A program made the translations under genes and the position numbers. Below, in pieces: positions 1 through 14,772 of a stretch of DNA of 64,000 nt (positions within the stretch are counted from its first letter, which is position 1; each line of letters begins with the position of its first letter). The stretch lies in the NCBI RefSeq assembly GCF_009914755.1, contig NC_060944.1; one strand, 5' to 3'. A model generated the notes under the pieces. The model was not told the DNA's origin and searched no databases. It saw only the letters and a list, made by a program, of their open reading frames with translations. Source of the stretch: the human T2T-CHM13v2.0 reference genome, Homo sapiens.

Positions 1-39
1 TAGTGGGGATTACAGGCGCCCGCCACCACGCCTGGCTAA

Positions 40-261
<222 letters not shown>

Positions 262-1118
262 TAAACTGCTGGGATTACATGTATGAGCCACTGTGCCTGA
301 CCCTTTCTTCTTTTAATACATATTTAGGTAAACTACAGTTTTTCACTATTAAACAATGTTGCAATGAACATTCTTACAGGTACTCTCTGTGTACACATGT
401 ATGTGACCATTTATCCAGAGTGAGAGCAAGAATTCTTGTCTTTTTCTTGACTTTACCAGAAATAATTCCAAAACATTAAAATTAAGTTCAATATTTGCTG
501 TAAATTTTAATATCCTATAAGTTAAATTTTAATAAATACCCTATATATAGTTTATAAGTTTTCCTTCTATTGCTAGCTTTTATTAAGAATGATAATTTTA
601 TGGAATGCCTTGTGCTATTTGGTTCTATTCTCACTCATTACTCCTTAAAATCTGTAAATGGCATGTACTACATCAACTTTTCTCATTTTGAACCATCCCC
701 GTGCTACTCAGATAACACCTGCTATCCTTCATCCCACTAATTTACTTCCACTGGATTGGGTGTTTCTCTTTCACTGCACAGATCACATGAACTTTTAATA
801 ATCTGTTCCTGCATCTATTTCCCAAATAATCTGACCATACTTTGATGAAGGCATATATCCTACCCTTTCTCCTGAGACTCAATGCACAGGACCTGGTAGC
901 AAGGGTATCAGTGAATGTGCCCAAAACGAGTGCATGATTCCTAGAAGCTCTCATGAATCCCATACTCGCCTCTATTTCTAGTAATGGAGGACAGGAATTT
1001 GCTGTGCAGAGGGCATTGGGGAACAACTGCTTCCACTTTTCCTTTTCCCTAGTACAAAACAAATGTAAGCTACTACTATTATTGGCAACTGTAACTTGTA
1101 GCTCACCAGTTCCTCTAG

Positions 1119-1433
<315 letters not shown>

Positions 1434-2410
1434 TGATCTGCCCACCTCGGCCTCACAAAGTGCTGGGATTACAGGCATGAGAGCCACTGTGGCTGGCCAA
1501 GAATTTACTTCTTATGTTTTAATTTTTGATATGTACAATACGTATTATGCAGCACAACAAAATGACTAGCTGTGTGTGCCTTTCCTATTGCATCTCTCTG
1601 CCTCTGGGAACCACCATCATTAATTATTATTGCCTTGCCATTTAAAAACTAGTTTTATCAACAAATAATTTGCTTTTTTGAGCTTTATGAAAATGATATA
1701 CTACCTACAGTGTTCTGCAACTGGCTTCTACCACTCGATTATTTCAATTACTCAGCTATGTTGTTGCCTATGGCAACAGTTCATTCATTTCTACTATATA
1801 ATATTCCATTGTGTGAAGAAAGTACATTCATCCCTTCTCCTATTCATGGATCAGAGACTTGGTTTCAGTTTTTTGTTCTGAAACAACGAAGCTACAAATG
1901 TTCTTATGTGTTTCTTGATGCACAGGTGGAGAAGTTTTTGCTGGGGCAGTGGCTTCTAAACTTTTTAGCTATCACCAAGAACGACCACCAGTAAACATAC
2001 ATATTGGAATGTATATAGAAATGTCAAACAAAAACTTATTCAAAAAATACCCTTACACAATACAGTTTGATCTTTTCTACTTGGCTGGTAGACCCGATGG
2101 ACTGACTTTACAACCTTCTGGGTTTCAATCCTAAGAATCACTGTTCTAGGACTGAGCTTCCCCACAAGTGTGTCCAGGCACAGGTTATAGGTAACCCATG
2201 GCAAAATACTGATGCCTCAGCCCTCAGGGTAAAGCTTCCCTAGGTGCTGGGGCACAAGATATGTGCCTGTTCAACTACAAAACAAAAAAAAAGAGGATAT
2301 TCTGCTGATAAACATTTATCAGTAGTATACAAGTGTTTCCACTGATACACACACTCACCAACATTTGCCCACTCTCTCCCTCACTATGGTATTGATTTGC
2401 ATTTCCTTGA

Positions 2411-2734
<324 letters not shown>

Positions 2735-4203
2735 TGAGACTGGGTTTTGCCATGATGGCCAGGCTGTTCTCAAACTCCTGACCTCAAGAGATCTGCCTGC
2801 CTCAGCCTCCCAAAGTGTTGGAATTACAGGCATGAGCCACCGTGCCTGGCCTGTAAGAATTATTGATAAATTCTGAATACAACAAATCCTTTGTTGGTTA
2901 CCTGAATTCAAATGTCTTTTCCCAGTTTATGGTGTTTCCACTTTCTTTATGGTATCTATCCCCCTTTCAAACTGCACCAAGATACCCATAATGTTTGGTG
3001 GAACACCTCGCCATTTTGGGGTACACAAAAAGGAATGAGAGGGAGTGAGAGGCAAGTGGGAAAAGTTGTGAAGGAGCACTTCTAGACTCCTATGCTGAGA
3101 CTGCTAAGGAGTCTGGAGTTTCCACTCTGGAGGTCCCCTTTCACACACTGGCTGGAACACACAATTACTGGAATAACAACAAAGCCTTTTTATCAAAGGG
3201 CACAAAGGGTCTGTCTGGGGCCTGCACACATCTCCAATGTGTTCCTACAGACAATAGGCCACTTGTGCTGGGCAATGACAAGCAAGGCCTGGGGAAAGCA
3301 CAGCAAGAAGAAATGAACGCTGGGTTCACCACAGTGCACATGAACATCCACCTCCCTGCAACAGCAACCTCTAGGAGGCTGCTCAACAGGAAGAGAAAGA
3401 AATCTGCCAACCAGCAACCAACATGGAGGCTCAGGACAGATTAGGACTGGGGAGGTGAGCTCCAGGTCCTAACAAGCATTACACCAAAAATGTAACACAG
3501 TAAGTCTCTAACAGAGATCTATGAATGTATTTTTGGGTATCTGTGAATTCTTGAAATTTTTAATTTAGTTTTCATTTCGATCATAGCTGTTTTTTTTTTT
3601 TTTTAAAGTTATGGGTCATCCGAATATTAACCTTATGACCAAGTGGCAGGATTTCAGAGCTCCCATTTGTCTCCTACTGCGCTGGTGCCAATTAACCAAC
3701 TTTAATTGTTGAAGACTAATGAGAAAAAATAGAGGCGGACTTCATAAGTGAAAGCCAAACATTACTACCAAGGAGAACATATCCTAATGAATGAAGGCTT
3801 CACACCAGTTCAGATAGCGGTAGAGAAAAGTGGTAAGAGAATGGAGTCACTGCATAGCATACAATAGCACATACATGCTACAAAGAACTTGCCCCAACGG
3901 TGATGAGTGAGGGGCAATTTGATTTCAGCAAAGTAACATGAGGCATCACCCTACATTCACAGAGTCAATCTGAAGTTCTGAGTTTTAGAATTAGTTTGAT
4001 TTCAATGTATGTCTGTTTAGGTTTTACAGTCATTTAAGAACCACTAGTATAAGGGGTAATCAAGTTTTATACTTGAATACATCTGAGTAACAAGACATAA
4101 TTTAACACTTTCTTTTAAAAAAGCTCTGTATATTATTCAGGTTTGAGAATCCAATGGTCTGAGACACCCTTCCCCATCTGGTCAGCTAGAGGACACAGCT
4201 CAC

Positions 4204-4332
4204 CTTTTTAACACCCAAAATATCTTCAATGAGGGTTGCTGTTTGTAAGAATGTCTTCTTACTTGTCATCAATGTAAACAGGAAGATCACAAAGTCATTC
4301 TTTTCTGCCAAACGCTTTGTAACTCCCTCTGT
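4204..4332 (-). CDS. TRPC4AP: TRPC4AP coding exon 6 (TEGVTKRLAEKNDFVIFLFTLMTSKKTFLQTATLIEDILGVKK); gene continues beyond the left edge of the window
   Basis: Acceptor tgtgacag|ACA, donor AAG|gtgagc; 129 nt, phase 0/0. Confidence 0.96.
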
Positions 4333-4753
4333 CTGTCACAAGAAGAAAAGGCAGAATAGGTTGTAAGTACAAAATAAATTATGAAAGTACAAGGCATCCT
4401 TTACAGACACTGAAAAGCAGTTTCACCTCTGAAAACTGGCATGAGTCAACAAAACAGGAATGGCATGGCTTAACTGTGGGAAACGCTCGTTAACTCCCCA
4501 GCTATGGAAGAAAAAAGTCTCCTGACGTGCAGGCTACACAAGTGGGAGCTCACTTGTGAGAACATAACACAATGAGATGGTATTTCCTAAAATAACTTAT
4601 CTCAGAGTTCTGAAGGCCATTCTTAAATCTGAAATCAAACAGTGCCGAAGCATGGACTTAAGAGTCAGACCTAAGTTCTAATTCCAGCTGTGTGATCCTG
4701 AGCAAATCACTTCTCACCTTTGGAACTCCATTTTTTCATCAGTAAAATGATCA

Positions 4754-4882
<129 letters not shown>

Positions 4883-5370
4883 CTACTGAAAATATAAATA
4901 TTAGCTGGGTGTGGTGGTGCATGCCTGTAGTCCTAGCTACTCAGGAGGCTGAGGTAAAAGGATCATTTGAGCCCAGAAGGTGGAGGCTGCAGTGAGCCTA
5001 GACTGTGCAAATGCACTCTAGCCTTGGCAACAGAGGGAGACCCTAACTCAAAAAAAAAAAAACAAAACAAAAAAACCAACAACAACAAAAAAACAAAACC
5101 CCCAAGGGGTATGAAGGAAGTTAGGGAAACTAGCTGGTAAAAGACCTTAAAACTTAGGTTCAAGAGTTTGGATTTAAAACTGCAGTATTGTCAAGTGCAG
5201 TGGCTCACACCTGTAATCCCAGCTACCCCGGAGGCTGAGGTGAGAGGACCGCTTGAGGCCAGGAGTGTGAGGCCGCAGTGAGCTACAATCTGTCTCACCA
5301 CTGCATTCCAGCATGGGGACAGAGTGAAACCCTATCTCTAAAAAGAAAGAAACTGCAGTACTGCTATAGC

Positions 5371-5372
<2 letters not shown>

Positions 5373-5406
<34 letters not shown>
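5373..5406. repeat. (AC)n microsatellite
   Basis: Direct reading. Confidence 0.95.
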
Positions 5407-5414
<8 letters not shown>

Positions 5415-7369
5415 CCCACCCCTACTGCCTTAAGGCAACTAGAGCTTAGTGACTTTAATATTTCTTTTTTTTAGCCTCTAAGCTGAAAAAATTCCAAGGT
5501 TTACTGCGATAAACTTGACTTCTCCTTAAAAAGTATAATCAAGAGTGCAGACACACACAGTTTGGTAAATGGGAACCCCAAGCTAGGAGGCATTTCAGAA
5601 TCAGTGAAATGAGATATGTTGCAACAAATTTAATTTTCTTTCTTTTAATTTTAGAGACAGGGTCTCACTCTGTTGCCCAGGCTGAGGCCATGACTATTCA
5701 CAAGTACGAATATAGCTCACTACAGCCTCAATCACCTGGTCTCAAGCGATCCCCCCACCTCAGCCTCCTGAATCACTGGGACTACAGGCGTGCACCACCG
5801 CACCTGGCAAATTTAATTTTCAAAGTGAAGGCATCAATAAAGATGTGCCACGTATATAAATCTTTGACGATCACATTAAATAGGACACTAAAGAAAGCAA
5901 TCTCCATCTGTATTAATACATTTCGGTTCTTCAGTCGTAGCACTGACACATTAAAAAAAAAAAAAAAAAAGGTTGTTATTCCCGAACTACATACAGTACC
6001 TACACTGGCTATGATATGTGAAACAGGACTGACTCTAGTTTTACTGACAAGCAAAAGTTCTGGAAGATCCAAAGAAACAGAACAAAAAGAGAACTAAATT
6101 TACACTTTCTCAAAGCTTAAAAATCTATCTCCAGGCTGTCAAATACACAACCCTGCTGCTCTAACTAGCTACCCTTGACTACCCACCTTTCTCCTCTCTT
6201 CAATTTATCAAAGTGCTACTCCTTTTACAGACTGACTAAAATGACTCCTCTTGGAAAACCTTCCCAAGTCAACAGTGGCCACCCAAAAGGCCATCACAAT
6301 CCTTCCTTTCCTCTATATCACAAGTTCTTAACTGAGGCCAAAAAGCACTAAAACAATATATAAAAGGTTGTATGCAACTACATTTTTCGGGGGAGAGTTT
6401 TTTCCATGTAACATTCATCATAGGTTTTTTTTTGGTTTTTTTTTTTTTTTGGAGACAGGGTCTCACTCTATAGCCCAGGCTGAGTGAGTACACTGGCACA
6501 ATCATGGCTCACCGCAGCCTTAACCTCTCAGGCTCAAGCAATCCTCCCACCTCAGCCTCCTGAGGAGCTGGGACTATAGGTATATAACACCACGTCCAGC
6601 CAGTTTTTTATTTTTTGTAGAGACAGGTTCTATGTTGCCCAGGCTGGTCTTGAACTCCTGGACACACACAATTCTCCTGCCTCGGCCTATCAAAGTGTTG
6701 AGATTATAGGTGTGAGCCACTGCGCCCAGCCTAATCATAAGCTCTTGACCTAGTATCTGTCAAGTATCTAAATGAGGAGCTACAAACTAGCATCCAGTAG
6801 GCCAAGCTTTTTCTGGTGAGCAGTACTGTTTATTTTTTTATCTTTTATTTTTTGAGAGACCCTCACTCTGTCACCCGCGCTGGAGTGCAGTGGTGCAATC
6901 TCAGCTCACTGCAACCTCTGCCTGCTGGGTTCAAGTGATTCTCTTGCCTCTCCTGAGTAGCTGGGACTATAGGCATGTACCACCACACCTGGCTAATTTT
7001 TGTGTTTTTAGTACAGACGGGGTTTCACCATGTTGGCCAGGCTGGTCTGGAACTCCTGACCTCAAGTGATCCACCCGCCTCAGCCTCCCAAATTGCTGGG
7101 ATTACAGGTGATAGCCACCGTGCCCGGCCAACAGTACTTTTTAAACTTTTGAATTCAAACATCTTTAGACAGGACATACTTGCTCCAGTTTAGTCACAGT
7201 TTACACAAGTCCCCACTCCAACACCAGCAATTCCAAACATTTCCTGTTTTCTGCCTGATCCCTGGAGGCATTGGTGTTTGCAACCCTGAGAGCCCCAGGT
7301 TCTCTACATTAACATGGAATTCAGCCAGATAGCACATAATTGAACCATATCGCCCTATGTTCCTCAAAT

Positions 7370-7670
7370 TTTTTTAAAAATTTTATTTAAAAATACTTTT
7401 AGTTGATATATAATAAAGGTACATAATTTCAGGGAGCATATAATTTAATACATTCGTATAATTTATAAAAATCAAATCAATGTACTTGGGATAGCCATCA
7501 GCTTAAATACTTGTCTTTTCTTTATGCTAAGAACCATTCAAATTCTCTTCTAGCTATTTTGAAATGTAAAACAGAACAGAATATTATAAACTAAGTCACC
7601 CTTACTGATTTATCTAACACTAGGTCTTATTTATCATCCCATATATTTGTACCCATTAATCAACTTCTCT
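7370..7670 (-). mobile_element. L1MA-type 3' end
   Basis: Resembles the L1MA 3'UTR (…CATTCAAATTCTCTTCTAGCTATTTTGAAAT…). Confidence 0.65.
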
Positions 7671-7914
7671 TCATACATTTCATTTTTTTAACTTAACTGT
7701 TTTATTGGAATGTCACTGATTAACATTAGGTATCATGATTTTAAAACGGCCTCATAAAACTAGTGACTATATGGAGTTGCCAAAGATGGAGTCATTATAT
7801 TATACACTGTCTTCTTCTATAAGGACAATTTCTTATTGGCCTTAGTTGCAAGAACTGTGCATTTCCTGAACAATTTGAAATTTTATCTTATAGATCTCCC
7901 TATGCCTATCTCTG

Positions 7915-8250
7915 TCATTGGCTATACATGGCTACCGAGCACTTAAAAGGTGGCCAGGCCAAACTAAGATGTGCTCTGGGTGTTCAAACAAGAGGAAAGA
8001 AAAACAAAACACACACACACATTGGATTTTGAGAGCTCAATACGAAAAACAAGTAAATATCTCATTAATAATTAATTATACTGATTACATGTTAGAATGA
8101 CAATATTCTTGATACACTGTGTTAAACAGAATTTATCATTAAAATTAACTTCACCACTTCTTCCTACTTTTTTCTTTAAAAAAATGTGGCTACAAGGAAA
8201 TTTAAAATAACCCAAGTGGCTTGCATTATATTTCAATTGCACAGCACTAT
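7915..8250. mobile_element. MER33/MER3-like hAT-Charlie DNA transposon
   Basis: ...AATGTGGCTACAAGGAAATTTAAAATAAC...GTGGCTTGCATTATATTTCAATTG-ACAGCACT terminus. Confidence 0.7.
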
Positions 8251-9314
8251 TATAGATGCTGAATTACGTAAGTGTTCAAACATATTCCCCTATTTGTGTT
8301 GGCTGCTAAGAAGCTTGAAGCCAAATTTGTGCCCATCCGTAATACAGATGATTTTATGGTCTTCATTTTTATATCAGCCCAATTCCTGGCTATACGTTAT
8401 GTCCCCACCTTTATCTTCTTCTTTCTTACCTGCTTCTAAGTTCGTGATCTTGGTAGATTTTGCATACACCCACAAGATGTCAGAAATCTTATTTTGAATG
8501 AGGCAAGAAATGAAATGGAGCTAAATGTTTTTTTTTTTTTTATTTCCACAGCATACAGGGTTCACATTTATAATAGCGCTCGTCTCATTCTGCCATGTAT
8601 TATGATTCACAGTTTACACAGTTTATCATAAGTTTCTAAAAGACAGGTACTGTATCTTTTAAAAACTAACATTTATATATTGTTTTACAAAGTGTTTTCA
8701 CATCTACTATCTCATTTCTCACAATAAATCTATGATGTTAATACAACTGCTAACTGCATTCTATTGGTAAGAAACTACGGCTTGGGAGGTGTACTAAGCC
8801 AAGGGCCAGAACACAAAATCAGGTCCTAACACTAAGTGCCATCCTCTTTTGTTTCTACCAGATTGCTTTCTTTATTCACCATTCTTCCTGGCTCAGTGGT
8901 CAACCTAGTAGAGTCCTGCTCAATATATGGGCGGGGCTTCTGGTTCTCATTTTGTTTTCTAACAAGGAAAATGAAGAAATAGGCATAATGGAGTTAAAAT
9001 GAGTCTTAAAGGTCACAGTCTGCCAACACTTGTCACCTTTTGACAAGTGTCCAGTTTCTACTTGGACAGCTCTAAGGCCAAAGGAGTTTACTACCTGCTG
9101 CAGCAGTCCTGGCTCTTAACAACTGCTACAAAATTCTGCCTCCCCGTAATTTCTACCAGTTAGTCCTGATTTTCAGGCACACATAAAATAAGCCCGATTC
9201 CCCCACTGTCTGAAAGCAGCTCTTATGTCTGCCATTCTACTCGAATATTCCCATCTTAAACATTGCATACCTAGTAGGGGAGATAAACAGAGCCCCAGTG
9301 GCAGGGGTACTTAC

Positions 9315-9370
9315 ACAGACACAGGTATTATACAGGATACTCAAGCAGTCCTTGGACATTTCATCACTTA
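9315..9370 (-). CDS. TRPC4AP: TRPC4AP coding exon 5 ((I)SDEMSKDCLSILYNTCVC)
   Basis: Acceptor ctttcag|TA, donor TGT|gtaagt; 56 nt, phase 1/0, completes the split Ile codon from exon 4. Confidence 0.96.
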
Positions 9371-11053
9371 CTGAAAGTGAAAGGGTAATGACTGGTTATT
9401 TTTCTCAATGAAAAGATAGTACAACAGTTACCACATTTTTTTCAGCATAAGAACTGTTATAATCCCCTCCAAGATGATTATTTTTCCTTTAATATACTTC
9501 TTCCAGCCCCTGTCTACCAAAGGTTTTCATAGTGCCCATCAGAACCTACAAGCCCATTTGCATATTGCTTTTGGTTTGATACAGCAGCTGTTTTCTTATT
9601 ATGCTCCACAGTCTTCATAATTTCAACCTGTTGTTGTGCCATCATTTAATAAAGCCATTTTCCCTTAATGTCTTGCTTAGGATATATCTAGGATTTGTTT
9701 TTTTTGTTTTTTGTGTTTTTTGGCTATTTAAGTAGACCACAAATGAACAACTTAATATATATGTGTATCCTTTTCATGTTTGTATTAAACTGGTTCCTCA
9801 AGATACATTTTCAAAAGTAGAACTACTAGAATCTAAAGTATAGGCATCTTTTTTTTGTTCATTTGTTTTGGTTTTTTAAATGAGGTCTTACTCTGTCACT
9901 CAGGGGCACAATCACAGCTCACTGTAGTCTCGAACTCCTAGGCTCAAGCAATTTTCCCTCCTCACCCTCCCGAGTGGCTAGGACTGCATGCGCGTGTACC
10001 ACGCCTGGCTAAAAGTTAAAAGTATAAGCATCTCAATTGCTCTTGTTATAAATTTCCATTGAAAGTTCTACTGCAGCAAACAAAAATACCATTTTTATCA
10101 GACTCATTAACTGAGCATTTCTTTTTTTGTTGCTGTTATCTGTGTTGGGCAAATGGCTCTTAATGTCTGATCTATGACTAATTCTTATAAAGAAACTACT
10201 ACTTCCCTGTGAGCAGGAACAGGAAAGTAGCATAAAAACGAAACTTAATTTTCATGAGCCCAAAACCAAAAGATGATGAAACTGAGTATGAACCATGGAC
10301 AAAGTGCTTTATTTGGCACTTGCTTCTATTTTTTAAAATTGTTTCCATTCACTCCTAAGCTGCTAGGAATGCTAAAATGCTAGGTCTCCTTCTCAGATCC
10401 CAATGGGCAGCCCTGCCAAGCTAGCTTGACTAGATGGGTTGTCTCATAATCCTGAGACAACGCAGACGCTCTGCATCCCTTATCACCACCTTTCAACCTA
10501 CTGGGGCTCTGTGATTGATTTATTTAACGACTTCAGAGCAGGGTGAAACACTGCTCTGCATGTCTCACTATATATCTCACTATTTCTAGATCCTCCATTT
10601 TTAAAAGGAATTGGGATTCACTCATTCATCAAGTATTGTTCAGCATCTACTCTAGAGCAGATACAGTGGTGAGGGAAAAAAAGTCTCAGCCTTCATGGAA
10701 CCTATAAATCTAGTGGGAAGAAGAGAGACTAAACAAGTGCACCAACAAATAATTACAATATGCTACTTGCTATGAGGGTACATAGAGAACATGAAAGACC
10801 AAGTTAGAATACACAGCTGAGACATTAAAAATGAATATAAATCCTCTTAACCACTACTGCATGCACAAATGAGGCCTTATACAGTATGTCCTATTGGGGT
10901 AAAAAAAAAATCTTTTAAATTAAAAAAACGCAAAGTTGGTAGGAGGGCATTCACCAAACATTAACTGAAGTCATCTCTGGCTTTTAACACCAGAGTAAAG
11001 TGCATTCACTTTTTTATTTTAAATTAAATACCGAAGCTGGGTGCGGTGGCTCA

Positions 11054-11464
<411 letters not shown>

Positions 11465-11861
11465 TTACCATTCACACCCTGGTAATGCCTGAACTTTTTA
11501 CAAAGAGCATGTATCACCTTTCTAAAAAAAATAGTTTAAAAAAAATAAAACAGAGTGATCTTACTCTCTCAGCTAGTTATATGTGAGAAAGAAGAATTTC
11601 CCAAGGAAACATAGAAGCTGGATCACAGGACTATCAAAAGTACAAAGATGCATTCTCTTAACCCAGATCTGAATTTCTACGCAGTACAGAATGAATAAAG
11701 ACAGCTGCTTAGCTGGGGGAGGAGAGAGCAACCTGTAGCTAAATGTAAGACATGTCCTTACTATTAAGAGTTAGGAAGGGAAGGAAGAAGGCAGCTGCTG
11801 GGAACTGCCACCGTATCGGCAGGTTGGAAAACAAGGACCAGTAGCTAATAGGTATACTTAC

Positions 11862-11919
11862 TTTTCAGTTTCTGTCCCCGGATAGAGATCGTAGGCCTCA
11901 TAAGAATTTCTACAAGAAG
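11862..11919 (-). CDS. TRPC4AP: TRPC4AP coding exon 4 (LLVEILMRPTISIRGQKLK+1 nt)
   Basis: Acceptor ttttatag|CTT, donor AAA|gtaagt; 58 nt, phase 0/1. Confidence 0.96.
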
Positions 11920-13012
11920 CTATAAAAAAAATTAGATAAAATCTTCAAAATTAATTCAAAGTATAACTTATAAAATGATTTTGCCATAACCATTCATGGC
12001 CCATGTATCTGTCACAGTATTACAAGACCCTTTTGTTCCAGGAGGCAGTTAAGGTTCAGTAAGGCTCCTGACTGCAGCAAGTCAGGAGACCCAGGTTCTA
12101 GTCCCAGCTTGGCCACCTACTTGCCCTTCTCTGGCCTCAGCTTTCTCATTTTTGAAAAGAAGTATTTTAGATTAGGTAATCTCTGGGATCTAACGCGGCT
12201 TTAATTTCTGAAAAGCTGCAGAACATTATTACTATGATTCTTCTGTTTAAAGAACATTTGTAAGTTTATTTTAAAAGGACTCAAAAGATACACCATAAAT
12301 TGTTAACACTGATTTCTACAGGTTTGGGGGTTATATGCATGTGTTTTTTATTTTACATACTTTAATACAATTTTGCACAAACTGTTTAAAATAAGCATGT
12401 ATTTAAAAATTCATTCTACGGAGAGAAAGGATAGTTGATAAAAGGGTCAATCCATTAGAAAGATATAACAACTACAAATATGTATGTACCTAACAATAGA
12501 GCCCAAAAATACATGAAACAAAAGCTGGCAGAAATGAAGGAAACAGATAATTTAAAAATAAAAGTTGGACACGTTAATAACTCTGCTTTCAATAATAGAC
12601 AACTAGGCAGACGAGCAAAGAAATAGAAGACTTGAACACAACGAACACATATATTCTAACAGACATCTACAGAACACTCCATGCAGCAAGAACAGAGTAT
12701 ACATTCTACTCAAGTGCACATGAAACATTCTCCAGGACAGATCAAATTTCAGGCCACTGAACAAGCCTCAATAAATTTAAAAGCACTTAAATCACATACA
12801 GTATGTTGTGTGGCCACAATGGAATGAAATTAAAATCAGAACGAAATTTGGGAAATTCATGAATTATATGGATAATTTTAAAAACCCATCCTAAATAATA
12901 ATGGGCCAAAGAAGAAACCACAAGGGGAAGTATAAAGTATCCAAGAAGGATGAAAATACCAAAACTTATGATGTAGCTAATGGAGTGCTCAGAGGGAAAT
13001 TTATAGCTGTAA

Positions 13013-13359
<347 letters not shown>

Positions 13360-13726
13360 TAACCTAATCTTCTACCTTAAGACACTGGAAAAAGAGCAGA
13401 CTAAACCCAAAGCAAGCAAAAGGGAGAATAAGAGTTGAAACAAATGAAACAGAGAATAGAAAATAACAGAAAATGAACAAAACCAAAAGCTGGCTCTTTG
13501 AAGACTGGCAAATTCTTAACTAGACTGACCAAGAAAAAAGGAGAGAGGATACAGATTACTATACTCAGAAATAAAGGAGAGGGCATTACCACCAACCTTA
13601 TGGCAACAAAAGTGATTATAAGGAACTACTATGAACAACTGTATGCCAACAAATTAGATGACCTAGACGAAATGGACACATTCCTAGAAAGACATAAAAC
13701 TAAAAACTGACTTAAGAAGAAACAGA

Positions 13727-14329
<603 letters not shown>

Positions 14330-14541
14330 TTAAAAAAAAACAAACAAAAACAACAATAACAAAAAACTACCCATAAAGAAAAACCTTGGACATGATGGCT
14401 CCATTGGTGAACAATACAAGACATTTAAAGAATGATCAATTCTTCACAAACTCTTCCAAAAAACAGAAGAGAAGGAAACATTTCCCAACTCATTCTTTGA
14501 GGCGAGTATTACCCTGATACCAAAACCAAACAAAGACATCA

Positions 14542-14772
<231 letters not shown>

